From NCBI RefSeq assembly GCF_006345805.1, contig NC_043011.1:63686464-63750463 (forward strand): a DNA stretch of 64,000 nt, in the 5' to 3' direction. Of this stretch, positions 12,382 through 26,671 are shown in pieces (the first letter of the stretch is position 1; the number at the start of each line of letters is the position of its first letter). A program made the translations under genes and the position numbers. Origin of the DNA: Octopus sinensis. Lineage: Eukaryota. The notes beneath the pieces were generated by a model, which searched no databases, was not told the DNA's origin, and saw nothing but the letters and a program-made list of their open reading frames with translations.

Positions 12382-14747
12382 GGCTAATCGTGATTCTCTG
12401 AAAGCCTTGGCCGGTACGTTTGCTAAGATACAAGCATACTTTATGTTAATGGATCTGAAGACACAGATGTTGTCGATATAATCTGTGGCATTAGAGTGAT
12501 ATTCTAAATTATTTGTATTTTAACGACTCATTTTAAATATTGTGTTCTGTTTTAAATGTATGTTGCTACGATGTAACCAACATATTTTCCCCATTTTGTG
12601 AGAGAGTGGAAATAATGCCAATATCTTCGTTCTGTCTATATGGCTATTAAATTCATCGGTACGTACGCACACACGCAAGCACAACGCGGTTCTTTCCTTG
12701 GCGTATACACTAGCGCACGTAATTTCCTATGATAAGCATGATCTGCTTGAGTATATGTGATTCTGTTTGTAAGGAATCTGTTCGTCAAATCATTTTAATG
12801 AAAGTTTAAGAAGTAACATTACTAATCACATATAAGAGAGAAACAATTTTAATATCTATCCCATAGTCACGATACCCATACTAGAAACAAAAGTATGTGG
12901 ACATCATCAAGTTTCTCTTAAAAATATATGTCGAAGAAGCCATTGCAGAATAAGTTGAAATTACTTCCGGAGAAATTAAAATTAGAATTTAAATAATTTA
13001 TATTTCAAAAAAAAAAAGATAATCAAAATCTTCTCTTGATGGAAAAATTAATTCAAAAGAAATGCTGGACTGAATTATGGACAACTTACGTAGAATAAGA
13101 GCATCACTATGGCAATATAACCCTGTTTCGGACATTCATAGTTAAATTATAGCTGCCAATGTTTAATTCAGATATCAATTTAAGACTAAGCATTTATTTC
13201 GAAAAATTCCTGATGGGAAAACGTGTGTTGAAAGAAGGTACATTCTATTAGGGAATAGATATATTTTGGCCAATCAACCACACGCGCTATATGACTGTTA
13301 TTTAATTCCTTTTTATTATTATTATTATTTTGGTGTTCTTTGTCCGAAATCTTGCGTCTGTCATCCTCTGTTCTCTTCATTGACAATCCATATGCGTGTC
13401 TTCCTGTTCTGTTCAATCCATTCTGACTTGAAGGTAGACAGATAATAAAAAGCTGACCAACTCATTATCTTTCCACTCTGAAAACGATCCCGAATCTATT
13501 CAATGTTTATTTGAGTCAATTATTGGCTGCATTTTCTGGTGAACTGCATTTGATAACCCTATGAAGGACCTCGAAAACTCAGAAACAGCTGTCGGACATG
13601 TAATATCATATCTTCAAACTTTTACTTTTCAGCGAGTGTTTATTCTGTGCCAGTTTGCTGTGATGAATTTAAAATATCTATATATTCATTAATACTTGAA
13701 TAGTCATCGTGTGGAAATTTTCAAACGTTGCTTTCTCATCATTTACATGACTATAATTTGTGTACATCATGCCCAAGTAGTTTTATTTGTTCATTTGCAT
13801 CCCTATTTCCGTATTTACAAACACACGCACACCTACACACACACAAAAATAATTGCAGACATTAGAGCCAACAAGAATGAGAACGGTTGGACCTTTATTT
13901 TTTGAACACTACAATTGTTTCTACCCAACGTGATTCTCCGAAAATACAGATATTTGATTATGCAGCTGTTCGTTTGCATAATGAGGTACAGTTGCTCTTC
14001 CTCGAGTGATACTGATGTGTTTTCTTCGTCAGTTTAAAATCTTTGGTTTCAAGGCAATCCCATCCGTCAATCATGGCTGGAATTTTGTAGTAGTTGGTAG
14101 ATTCATCTTGTCTGCTACCTTGGTGAGTTTGTTGGACTGCTACCAAGGGTAGTGGATGGGTTTTTTGGTACCAGCTAACGGCTGACATATTCTTCGTGGT
14201 TGACTACACATGCGACTGTTATTAGCCGACTTTCAGTATGCAATGGACGGGCACATACACACACAAACTCACACACACACAAACACACACAGATTCACAC
14301 ATACCCTCTCTCTCAAACACGTACACCTATGTATGTATCGCTATATACACACAGCGATACGCTCTTTTATATATATATTTACATATACATACATACATTC
14401 GCGTACACATGCATATATACATGTATTTAGGCACCCGTATATACATGCATAAACATACGTATAGAGATATGTATACACATACAGATACGTCGTTCAATAT
14501 ATCTAGTTATTCACATATGTACACAACCTCTCGAAAATATGGGAATATATGTATGTCCGCATGCATACATAAGCAAAAACACATCTTATATGCCCATAAA
14601 CGCAGCTAAGCACGTGCCCATATATACACTTGTATCCGCTTATATATGCATACACACACACACACACACATATATATGCATATATCTATCTCATATATAT
14701 ACATATATCTATATCCATATATATACATATATATAAAACATATATAT

Positions 14748-14797
<50 letters not shown>

Positions 14798-14858
14798 CAT
14801 ATATATATATATATATATTCGGACCCTCACTCATCACTCCCATATATGTAAACATGTA

Positions 14859-14897
<39 letters not shown>

Positions 14898-16342
14898 GTA
14901 TATATATGTGTGTGTATATATATACGTGTGTGCGTATATACAGCCACATCACCTCCATTATTCAGTTGACACCCAGCCCAAACTACTCCGCTGACCACTT
15001 TTCAGCACCCACACCACACACCATCATGTATACTCCCGAATCCACACAAGCACATAACATCTGAACACAGGTTATATATATACATACACACACAGCACGC
15101 ATTGACACACACAACATACATAGACAACGATACATTTCGCTCACATACATCATATATATATATGTAAACTATTTGACGAAGTACCTGGAAATTTCAGAAC
15201 GGTGTATGTCCCCACGCATGACATTTGTACGGACTAGACTTTGTGAAAATCCAAGGGAAAGATCCGATTGAAAAGTTACAACCCGACCAAACGTTCTCGC
15301 TTTGGAGTAAAGATTTATAAAGTCAGCTGGCGGAGCTTCTGAATACACGTGTAATTACAAATTCTGCACTCGCCAAGACAGATTGAAGGAATTACAACCG
15401 TGTTTCGTGGTCTGCTACCACAACAGCTCCTTTATAGGATCCAGTTAGCTCAAGGCATCATCAGGAAGAAAACACGCCTGGTTTTGGTCGCTACTCCTCT
15501 ACCGTTTTGACGTGGCGGGGCCCCACCTTTCGGAGGTATCTTCAGCTCTGGTGTTGGGTGCATGTCTTCTTTCTTCCGTTCCCTGGCCTCTTCGATGCAT
15601 CGTCAGCGAGTGTCAGCCGGTCACTGACTGACTTGTCAAATTTTTCCCTTTAAATACCTGCCGCTAGTCTCCAGCAGGCAGCTTCAGCAAGTTGTCACGT
15701 GATACTGCCTAGTCTTAGCCCGCGCATTCTCTAAACGACCGTCACCTGTCAGTCAGCGAAGCTGATTCAATGTCAGCTTGTCTCACCTAGTGATGTTATT
15801 TCCCGCCGACCAACAGGTGTCGTGTTCTCGCCGAATGAAGACTTGATTCACAATAGCTACAATATTTATACGGACATTTTCTTGTATAGAATTGACATGT
15901 GTGTTTTGAACATACATTTGATTTGGCAGATACTTGGCGGTGTGAAAGATGTATTGACATTGAGGGATCTATTGCACTGTGAAATAATACAAGCATCTGC
16001 CAAAGTAGAGAAAACGCGGACGTCCCCACACTGGACTCTCTTCTAACCGCTTGTGTGTGTTGGAGCATGTGTATGTGTGATTGAGCATGTATATATATAG
16101 GTGTCTATATATGTAGATCTATACAGAACGATGTATACATATATCTAAGTACATCACCTGAACGACAGGTGAATTCTTGAATGTCAGCCAAGGACAGCAT
16201 CCAGTGTTAACGGCAAAGAAAAGTAATTTAGCAGTTACTTGATAGAAAGGATGCGCTTCAAGCCGAGAATCTGTTTACGGAAACAAATCTAGAAGTTACA
16301 AATAACTGCCACTGTACACCTTGTTGTTGACTTGCTGAGCCT

Positions 16343-16466
<124 letters not shown>

Positions 16467-16661
16467 CCTTAAAAAATATACCACGACGTCTACACATTTC
16501 TCACCTTGAACTTTCAACCTTGAACTTCTCCCCTTATTTCGCTCTCACGTCTCATGTTTGATCTTTGACCTCTGGCCGAAATCAGATCGCCATGTTGATT
16601 CGTTAGCTACTGCACGCATTTTTTTTCTCTCCTTCTTTCTGTGTTTTTCTCTCTCTGTGTA

Positions 16662-16699
16662 TCTTTCTGTTGAAGAGCGTAGGCTCGAAACGTTAAAGA
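16662..16699 (+). ncRNA. Minimal hammerhead-like motif in pLTR1
   Basis: TCTTT-CTGTTGA-A-GAGC-gtag-GCTC-GAAAC-GTT-AAAGA. Confidence 0.55.
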
Positions 16700-17135
16700 C
16701 CTGTTTTATTTATATTTCCTGAGCGCCATACTAATACAATTGTTCGTTTGTTTTCCACCTATTTTCATAAAGCTTCCCGTTATATATTATGCGCTCACGT
16801 GGTCTCACTTTCATCCTATATTCTACCAATACCACTATCAACACTTACCTCTACCTTGGATTTTCTTTACCTCTTGGATACTTACCATTGGCTGCACCTC
16901 TCTTTCGCGGATCAAAGTGACTTTGCATTGATGTGAAATCCTTAAAAAATATACCACGACGTCTACACATTTCTCACCTTGAACTTTCAACCTTGAACTT
17001 CTCCCCTTATTTCGCTCTCGCGTCTCATGTTTGATCTTTGACCTCTGGCCGAAATCAGATCGCCATGTTGATTCGTTAGCTACTGCACGCATTTTTTTTT
17101 CTCTCCTTCTTTCTGTGTTTTTCTCTCTCTGTGTA

Positions 17136-17173
17136 TCTTTCTGTTGAAGAGCGTAGGCTCGAAACGTTAAAGA
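17136..17173 (+). ncRNA. Minimal hammerhead-like motif in pLTR2
   Basis: Identical to 16662-16699. Confidence 0.55.
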
Positions 17174-17272
17174 CTTGTTTTATTTATATTTCCTGAGCGC
17201 CATACTAATACAATTGTTCGTTTGTTTTCCACCTGCCTTCGTCTTTTGTTTATTTTCATAAAGCTTCCCGTT

Positions 17273-17315
<43 letters not shown>

Positions 17316-18719
17316 GATCTTCCCCTCTCTGCGGCTGAACGCTCCGTCCTTGGTAGGGGTCTGCGTTTCATCCCCCTCACTCCATCCTGTAAGGAATTCC
17401 AGACGCGAGTTGATGTCCACAGCTTTGTGCGCCGTGTCCGGTTGGGTGCGCATTCAAATATTCTCTAATTTCACTGGTCCCACTCCTGAACTATATGGTC
17501 GTTACATTGACGACATTATCGGTGCCACCTCACTCTCCCGTGAACATCTAGATTCCTTCCTCTCTTTCGTCCAATCTTTCCATCCAGCTCTCCACTTCAC
17601 TTCCACTATCTCCAACACCTCTGTCTCCTTCCTCGACATTTCGGTTAGCATTCTTCACTCCACTCTTACCACCTCCATTCACTACAAACACACAGACTCA
17701 CACTCATACCTCAACTTTTCTTCTCCTCCCACCCAGAACACACCAAGCTTTCCATCCCCTATTCCCAATTCCTCCGTCTACGTAGGCTCTGTAGTGACGA
17801 CCATGACTTTGAGACTCAGTCTCAACGTATGGCTCACCACTTCACCCTACGTGGATACCCCTCACCCACTATCCACACCGCCCTTGCCAGAGCACGGTCC
17901 GTGGACCGGTTATCTGCTCTCTCCCCGAACCCGCCCTGTAGTCTCCCGCCTCCCTTTTCCCCTCACTTACCACCCACGACCCTACGTCTCCAACGCACCA
18001 TTCTTCGAGCTTTCCGTCATCTCCAGTCCGACCCGTCCACGTCACACCACCTCCCCTAACCGACCCTCCCCCTTTCAAACGAGCACACAACCTTCGAGAC
18101 CTTTTGGTCCATAGCTCCTTCCCTGACACTACCTCCCAACCCGGCTCGTTCCCCTGCTCCCGCCCACGTCGCCGCACTTGCCCTTACCTCTCCAACACCA
18201 CCCGCCGCACTAGCACCCACCATCGACCCTATCCCATCATCCACTCCTTCACCTGCACCTCCAGCAATGTTATCTATTGCGTATCTTGCTCTCTCTGCAA
18301 TTCCTTGTACAACGGACAAACGGGACGCCGCTTGGCTGACCGGTTCGCGGAACACCTTCGTGACATCCACCTTGCGAACGACACACCGGTTTCACGCCAT
18401 TTCCGCTCCACCGGTCACTCCTTGCAACATCTATCTGTGTTCGGTTTGTCCTTACACAGAGGCCATCCGGATTCCCGTTTGCGGCGTGAACAGGAATTAA
18501 TCTTCTCTCTTCGCTCTTATAAGCCATTTGGTCCCCCATCCTTCCTCCCCCATCCTCCTCCCCTTCCTTCTCCCCCTCCTCCCATCTTCCTCCCTCTCCC
18601 CCCCTCTTCTTCCCCTCCCCTTCTTTCCCCCCTCTTCTTCCCCTCCCCCCTCTTCCTCACTACACCACCCGACTTTACACATCACATCATATATGATGTG
18701 CCATACTAATACATACACC

Positions 18720-19130
18720 AACTAATACATACTAATACGCACTAATACATACTAATACATACTAATACATACACCAACTAATACATACTAATACGCACTA
18801 ATACATACTAATACATACTAATACATACACCAACCCTATACATACACACGTCCAGACCCCTCATACGCACTTATACTCTCTCATACACACACACACACAC
18901 ACTTATACATACTAATACGTACAAATACATACTAATACATACTAATACATACACCAACCCCATACATACGCACGTCCAGACCTATCCTACGCACTAATAC
19001 TCTCTCATACGCACACACACACACCCTTATACATACTAATACATACCAGTACATACACCAACCCTATACATACACACGTCCAGACCCCTTCTACGCACTA
19101 ATAGCTGGTCATTCAACCCTATTATCAACC
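18720..19130. repeat. Compound minisatellite (actaatacat 10-mers, 56-bp and ~120-bp higher-order units) inside the Penelope element
   Basis: Direct inspection. Confidence 0.85.
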
Positions 19131-19272
19131 CTATTATCTCCCCTTATTTCGCTCTCGCGTCTCATGTTTGATCTTTGACCTCTGGCCGAAATCAGATCGC
19201 CATGTTGATTCGTTAGTTACTGCACGCAATTTTTTTCTCTCCTTCTTTCTGTGTTTTTTTTCTCTCTGTGTA

Positions 19273-19310
19273 TCTTTCTGTTGAAGAGCGTAGGCTCGAA
19301 ACGTTAAAGA
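19273..19310 (+). ncRNA. Minimal hammerhead-like motif in pLTR3
   Basis: Identical to 16662-16699. Confidence 0.55.
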
Positions 19311-19406
19311 CTTCTTTTATTTATATTTCCTGAGCGCCATACTAATACAATTGTTCGTTTGTTTTCCACCTGCCTTCGTCTTTTGTTATTTTCATAAAGC
19401 TTCCCG

Positions 19407-19446
<40 letters not shown>

Positions 19447-19646
19447 GATCTTCCCCTCTCTGCGGCTGAACGCTCCGTCCTTGGTAGGGGTCTGCGTTTC
19501 ATCCCCTCACTCCATCCTGTAAGGAATTCCAGACGCGAGTTGATGTCCACAGCTTTGTGCGCCGTGTCCGGTTGGGTGCGCATCAAATATTGTTTGTTTG
19601 TTTTCCACCTGCCTTCGTCTTTTGTCTATTTTCATAAAGCTTCCCG

Positions 19647-19728
<82 letters not shown>

Positions 19729-19877
19729 TGCAGTGTTTAATAAAATGAAGTAGCATGAAACAATTGTACTACACTACCATTGATATCCTTGTTGCTTATT
19801 TTGATTATAATCACCCCATTTGATTCAGGTGCCTTTAACGTAAGTACTATATTCATCTGAATCTAAATTTTGCTGAA

Positions 19878-20026
<149 letters not shown>

Positions 20027-20357
20027 AATCATTATAACGCTATAGAAATGTTATGGAGAAATGTTAATCCTCAATATCTATTTTCTCTACTTTTATAATT
20101 ACATAAGTCATAATCAAATGTGTGAAGGGCTTCAGAATCAAAGAAAATATAAAATGTATGTGGATGTGTGTTGCATATCATTTTGGGGCGTTGCTTTCGT
20201 GATGTTAAGATTTCACTTTCAATTCTTATGCATTGTGCTTTTGATGAAAAGCTTTATTTCACATCGCTCATGTTCACTAAGTTAGCAAATATGAGGAATC
20301 GCGCAGCAGTTCGGCGTCCCGTCGAAAGTGTTATATTTACGGCACAGAATTAAAAAA

Positions 20358-21570
20358 GCAGGCCTTATGAATCGATGCATTGATTGGGACATTTAATCAT
20401 GCTCTGCTACCTAATGCCTCACTTCAGGTGTTGATTATATAATATTTCAGATATTAAGAGATAGACGGGTACATTTCAAAAACATTAAATCATAACTTTG
20501 CGACTTCCTGTCCATTCTCTATTTTATTATAATACTAAGAAACCAGTGTCTTTAAATGTGCGACTGTTTTATTCATAATAGTAAATATCTTATAGGAACA
20601 GCGAGAAAAGCGATTCATATATGTCAGCAAACGAAATTATTTATGCATCCGCACAGAATTGAAGCATTTAGAATTAACTATTTCCTCAGGAAAGTTTGTA
20701 CATTGATTTCTAAAACTAGTTATTCGGTCATGAGTTGATTAGATATTTGGCGTTTGGCATTTGGTCCTGTATGGTGTTCTGGCAACAGAAAACGTTAGAA
20801 TTTTCCTAAACGCTAAAGACATAACTATTGCATGGCCCTAGAGGAAAATGCCTTCTTGAGATCTGTGCATCAAGTCTATTTATGTTCAATGTGTTCAAAG
20901 TTGTGAATAGATAATGCTTCGCCAGAGAAGATTATGAAGTAATGAAATTAAAGCGACATCTAATTAATAGTGCTGGATTTTGTAAGATGTAGCAAATTAT
21001 AATTTCTAAATGGACAACAGGGAAAGTTTGATGGAGGAAATGGCATCGTTGGGCTGGCCATAGCAGGAAGAGAGGAAGGCAGAAAAATATCTATCAAGTC
21101 CTGTGGGTATAATGTGTTCTCATTCGAGATTTTCTTTGGTCAAAATAAAAGATGTTTGGAGACTAATATGAGAAGGTATCACATGCAAGTAAGTCTCGGT
21201 TGACTATTTAATTCTGCCAAAAGCCACAATGTTACCTTCATCAAATATTTAAGCATGAGACCATTCGAGAAGGTTATTAAGGAGAGACAAAAAGAGAGAG
21301 TAGCAGTAAGAGAGGAAGAGCAAGGTATCTTCAAAGTTTTGGAAGACATCATTGGGCTATTTCTATGTACGTAAGGATATGAGGAACGAGCAAAATACGG
21401 TGATAATTTTAACTAACGGTGTCAATGTTTCATGGGTAATATAAAAATACCAGGCACTATGAATCAATGCATTGATTGGGACATTTAATCAAGCTTTGCT
21501 ACCTAATGTTTCGTTTCAGGAAATGGTTATATAATATTACAGATAACAAGAGATATACGGGTACTTAGAA
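20358..21570. mobile_element. Old element bounded by ~120-bp diverged direct repeats (20358-20480, 21451-21570)
   Basis: Shared tatgaatc.atgcattgattgggacatttaatca... The interior is related to 7440-7830. Confidence 0.5.
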
Positions 21571-22944
21571 AAGTATACTATACATGTAGTTACATGAATT
21601 CTGGTGAACAATAAGGGAGAATGCTTCCCTTTAGTCGGCATTATGCAATTTCGTATAAGCGAGGGATGTTATTAAATATTCTGTTGTCTGGTATAATATA
21701 AAGGAGAAAGCTGCTTCAGAGCTGGAAAAAGGTAACATATACAAAACAATTAGATTATAAGAATCCCTACTGCCTACATGTGTTTCTAAAATTCATTTTT
21801 AACATATGTATATCGTTATAAACATTTATTATTTATTAACATATTTATATCGTTTGTTATCTGTGTACTCTTAGTTTATCAATGCAATTTTTTGTACTAG
21901 CATTTCAGTAAAAGAATAAGTCGATGAAAAAAATGTGAACACATTAAGATTTTCAAGAGGACATATTTATTCAGTAAAACCCAGAAATGTTATGATGCAG
22001 AAAGAAATGGCTAGCGGGATATGCAAACCATTTTGGAACACATTTACAGAAAAACATTCCAAGACAGCAAACGACAAATGTTGCATTGTTAGGAAATATA
22101 TTTTTTTTATTTCTATATTGTTTCTGATTAAGTATCACAGAAACACAAAGTTTTAAAAATACTGCTTGCTTAAAGGATGTTGACCTGTAACAAAGAGACA
22201 GAATATTAAGTTTTGTATTTGTATTCAATGATTTTGTTGTTACTTTGAGATACTATGTTTGTTTCTACACTCCACTGTTATTGTTTGGTTATGCATTGGC
22301 AGTAAAGTCGGTAATGTCACATTTATACAGTTACATCACAATGGTTAGTACAGCGAAGGAAGTATTCCCATTTTGTGCATTACCGGTCTGTATATAATGT
22401 ATTAATGTCTTGCGTGGTCGTTACCGTAGTTTTACTGTTACAGATAGTTATCTCGTGAATTCACAAAGTTGATATTTGACATTGGGGAGGGAGAAAATGA
22501 AATTTAGTAAAATGCGTTATCAACACCATTTACTCAAGAATATTGATTAATAATGTTGTTTCATCTACACAGGAATGATACAACTCAATGATGGCTTCGT
22601 AAAACATGAGAAGGAATTAAGAGAATCGTTTTCTCCGATGCTTTAATGGCAGTGAAAATATACTACACGGTAGTACAGACATGATAAGATAATAATATGA
22701 TTTGTATGTGGGCTTGTATCATAGATGTAGTTATGAAGCTATTGTATTATATTGACTGGATGCCATTGTACCCAAGCATTACCGTAGACTGCATACTTCA
22801 GTGTGTATTAAATAGATGCGGAATGATAATTGCAAGCATTGGGAATTGTATTCTGAACATCCGGATTTATTATGAAAATGCAATTCCGATGCACCCCAAA
22901 TAATTATTATCCAGCTATATCATTAATTTATTTATTTAAGCACC

Positions 22945-23243
22945 CTTTTCAAGCCAAGCCTAGCCACGCTCATGGGTCCGGTTTCTCAGTTTCTGTGGTG
23001 TATGTGTTCCCCCCAGCGGGACGGGACGCCGGTCCATCGCATCGTTACTCAAGAAACAAGAAGAAAGAGTGAGAGAAAGTTGGGGCGAAAGAGGAAAACA
23101 GGGGTCGCCACCCCACCCCCTGTCGGACCCTCTTGGAGCTTTTGGTGTTTTTGCTCAATAAACACACACAACGACCGGTCTGGGAATCGAAACCGTGATC
23201 CTCCGAACGCGAGTCCGCTGCCCTAACCACTCGGCCATTGCAA
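22945..23243 (-). mobile_element. tRNA-derived SINE
   Basis: Head tggccgagtggttagggcagcggactcg...ggtttcgattccc, SINE-like body. Confidence 0.75.
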
Positions 23244-23523
23244 CTCCACTATATCATTGATATTTTAAAAACATTCTCATATAACATGTTACATTACACA
23301 GAAACTTATATCGTACAAGATCTTTTTTTGAGAGTTGTATGATAGCGTTAATCAACAAGTGATACGTCGACAGTAATAATTGACCCGCTGAACAAGTTCT
23401 CAATGAAGATTATTGACAAATTATCAATATCTAAATGAATAAAACAAAAGAAGTAATACTTATACAAAGCTACCAAATGATTATAAACATTCTTACATGA
23501 ATATCGGTTGAATTTCTATTCCA

Positions 23524-23618
23524 TCAGGACAACGAGCTCATAAGTACCAATAATATGCTAATTCTGCTAATATTGTCTGAGCGATCTGCGTTGGATGCAG
23601 ATGTGGGATGAGTCACAT
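23524..23618 (-). CDS. Gene g3 terminal exon: (N)VTHPTSASNADRSDNISRISILLVLMSSLS*, GPI-signal-like
   Basis: Acceptor tatgtttcag, phase 1, S/A/N run then hydrophobic tail, TGA stop. Resembles the 60258-60367 and 5806-5903 tails. Confidence 0.75.
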
Positions 23619-24012
23619 CTGAAACATACCAAACTTTCTTTGTTGAATAGAAAAAAATACATAACACATGAAACAGAATGACACGAATAAGCAAGTAAAA
23701 ATATGAGAAATGTTCCAACTAATTCTCTTAATATAATTTCTAATCCTTTATTTTCAACGTATACATTTGCAAAAGGAATATCAATAGTAATCGTTTCTGT
23801 TCCACCGACTTAATTTCATGATGTGTAATTGGGTAAATTGTAGAATCATGAATGCAAATTTAAATATTCCTAGTAAGTCTTCGTTTTATACATCTATTAA
23901 TCTATGCGCGCACACACAAACATATATGTATATGTATATATATATATACACATACAAACACACACATATATATGTATGCATATAAGTTAGTGTATATATA
24001 TATACATATGTA

Positions 24013-24063
<51 letters not shown>

Positions 24064-24064
24064 G

Positions 24065-24103
<39 letters not shown>

Positions 24104-24349
24104 GTATGTATATATATATATATATGCATCATTAACTATCTAAATAGTCATACATATGTTTTCATATACCTATCTATCACATATATACGTGTGTGTGCAT
24201 CACATATATACGTGTCTATCTATCTATATAAATGTTGATACATACATATAAATAAACACACACGCTCGCGCACGTACACACACACATACGCACGCACACA
24301 CACACATACACACACATACACACACACATACACACACATATATATATGT

Positions 24350-24540
24350 ACAAGGGCGCAGGAATATGTGTGTCTGTGTTTGTCCCTCCAACATCGCTTG
24401 ACAACCGATGCTGCTGCGTTTACGTCCCCGTAAGCTAGTGGTTCGGCCACAGAGACCGATAGAATAAGAACTACATTTACAAAGAAGTCCTGTGGTCGAT
24501 TTGCTAGACTAAAGGCGGTCTCCAGCAGGGTCGCAAGCCA
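24350..24540 (+). mobile_element. 3' half of octopus SINE
   Basis: Matches 10770-10950. Confidence 0.75.
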
Positions 24541-24544
24541 CTAC

Positions 24545-24718
24545 ACACAGTTTTTCTCTCCTTGTTTCTCTCTTTGTTTTTCTGTGTCCCTTTCTGTAGA
24601 AGAGCGTAGTCTAGAAACGTAAAATACTTTTTCTATTCCTGAGCGTTATACTAATACATCTGTTTGTTTTGTACACCACCTGTCTTTGTCTTTTGTTTTT
24701 TTCGTAAACTCTCCGTAT
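24545..24718 (+). mobile_element. Solo Penelope pLTR relative with degenerate hammerhead
   Basis: ctgtagaagagcgtagtctagaaacgtaaaa...ttcctgagcg.tatactaatac, related to the 16.5-19.4 kb pLTRs. Confidence 0.7.
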
Positions 24719-24885
24719 AGATATAAATTTATATGATTAAGGATAAGACCTTATTTAAATATCGATCTTATCATGTGGCCAGCATGGGAATAAAAACCTG
24801 CAACGGTAACAATTATTATTAAAATTATAATTTATAGTATCTAAGATATACCACCACGCTACCAGAACTTGACTCTAAAACCACA

Positions 24886-25425
24886 TTAAAATTCATTAAA
24901 AGTTTCTTTTTTGACGTGTCCTGGTGTAATGTTGAAGAGAGCGGGTCCAATTGAGGTGAAATAGTTGTGCCGTATTGTCGTTATGTGGTGCGATTTAGAT
25001 TTTTGTTGTGGACGGATGGCACGTGGACCAAGCCTTGGATGTATTTTGAAGGTGATGCCAACATCATTCGGACAGTGCTGATGGAATATTTTCCACATCA
25101 TACAGATAATGTAGCGTTTACGGCGTCGTTGGAGTGAATACAGTTTCAGCTTCTCTAGTCTACCCCAGTGGTCAAGGTCTTACATGCCATCTAACTTTTT
25201 TGTGATTGACCTTTGGGGAGCTTCAATTCTCATAATATTTTGTTTTGTGTAGGGAGACCACTGTGGACAGCAGTATTCAAGGTGGGGTCGGACAAAAGTG
25301 GAGAAGAGAAGGATAATAGTGTGGGAATCTCTCGACTGGAAGGTTCTGAGAATCCATGAACACATTCTGAGGGCCATGTCAACTTTGCTGCTTATATGTG
25401 TAGCCCAGCTTATGTTGTTGTCCAC
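24886..25425 (-). mobile_element. CR1/Jockey-group LINE RT C-terminal fragment
   Basis: ISWATHISSKV...WILRTF...LFSTFVRPHLEYCCPQWSP...IEAPQRSITK, then RLEKLKLYSLQRRR. Confidence 0.85.
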
Positions 25426-25430
25426 TGTTA

Positions 25431-25478
<48 letters not shown>

Positions 25479-25925
25479 CACCTACATACATACACTAAAT
25501 ATATAGCGCGTGTGTTTTTATTGGCTAAACTGACAAAATGACCATTCCTAAATACAAAGATATACGTCCTGGTTTTGTTTTGTTGTTTATTTTTTTATTT
25601 TTACCGTTATTGTTTTTACGTTTTTGTATTCTTATTGGTGTCACGTATTCTGTATTTTTGTTCGTGTGTGTACTTCGTTCGTTTTCCGTCCTCGTGTTGT
25701 ATACATTCGAAGCTTTCTTCCAGGGGATCTAATGCGCTTGGCTTAGATTTCCCTTGGCGGGCTGGCCATATCGGAGCAATCTCAAGATTAATCAGCCGAA
25801 ATTGCTAAGATGATCTGGTTCTTGACTGATGACTGAGGGCTTCGAATGTCCCGTCCTGTGGTTCTTGTGTCGTCTCTGTGGTGTTTCATGTTCTTGTCCA
25901 TGTCTGTAATTATTTTTACTGTTTA

Positions 25926-25979
<54 letters not shown>

Positions 25980-25982
<3 letters not shown>

Positions 25983-26560
25983 TGGTTATTTACTGTCAAC
26001 TTAACGAGACAGTAAGTGAATTACACCACCACTGTTTAGCCCTAGGAAGCATCGACGCTTCTTGTCGGCCTTGACAAATTTCCTGCGTCCTTATATATTT
26101 ATTCCCTTACTGTTACGTTACGTTGACAGTAAACAACCACTCTATCGCCCCACCATCGTACATATCTCTATGAGATATTTAGAAATTTAATATTTCTGAT
26201 TTGGTGATCAGTGAATAAACTTCACTGAACATGTATATATATATTTACGAGGTCTAGACAGATATATTCAGCTAGCAGGCCTCTGCTACTCTAGACTGAT
26301 GATGGGCAAAGACCCTGAAACATGCATGTCTCTAGATGCAGGCCTAGCTGTTGGGGGTATTTGTCTCCCCTTCGTAAATATATAAGGCCAACGGAAATGT
26401 GTCGAGGCCGACAGGAATCGTCCATGCTTCCTAGAGCTAAACAGCGGTGGCGTAATTCCCTTACAGGACTGTCACGTTTAGTAGACAGTTTACAACCACT
26501 CTATCGCTCCACCACCGTACCTATCTCTATGAGATATTTAGAAATTTAATATTTCTGATA
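25980..26560. mobile_element. Non-autonomous Penelope/retrozyme-like unit with inverted and direct repeats around a hammerhead
   Basis: 26020-26100 inverted with 26366-26460. 26102-26200 direct with 26457-26560. (TA)n on both sides. Confidence 0.7.
26290..26336 (+). ncRNA. Type I hammerhead ribozyme motif
   Basis: TCTAGA-CTGATGA-T-GGG-caaaga-CCC-T-GAAAC-ATGCAT-GTC-TCTAGA. 6-bp stem I, GUC site at 26328-26330, U-U at the base of stem II. Confidence 0.7.
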
Positions 26561-26616
<56 letters not shown>

Positions 26617-26671
26617 GACATATGTATATATAGAAAATGAATAAAATATGTAACTTAAATATATAACTTAC

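Larger units (their letters stand above)
16467..19648 (+). mobile_element. Internally deleted Neptune-type Penelope-like element with tandem pseudo-LTRs
   Basis: pLTRs at 16467-16781, 16940-17272 and 19137-19408. N-terminus SDLPLSAAERSVLGRGLRFIP, RT motif RYIDD, thumb FHPALHFT...SFLD, GIY-YIG FTCTSSNVIYC..CSLC..YNGQTGRRLADRFAEH. Frameshifted. Confidence 0.9.

Noticed and set aside
15395-15470. Minus-strand CTGATGA...CGAAAC
   Set aside because: No convincing stem I or stem II pairing.
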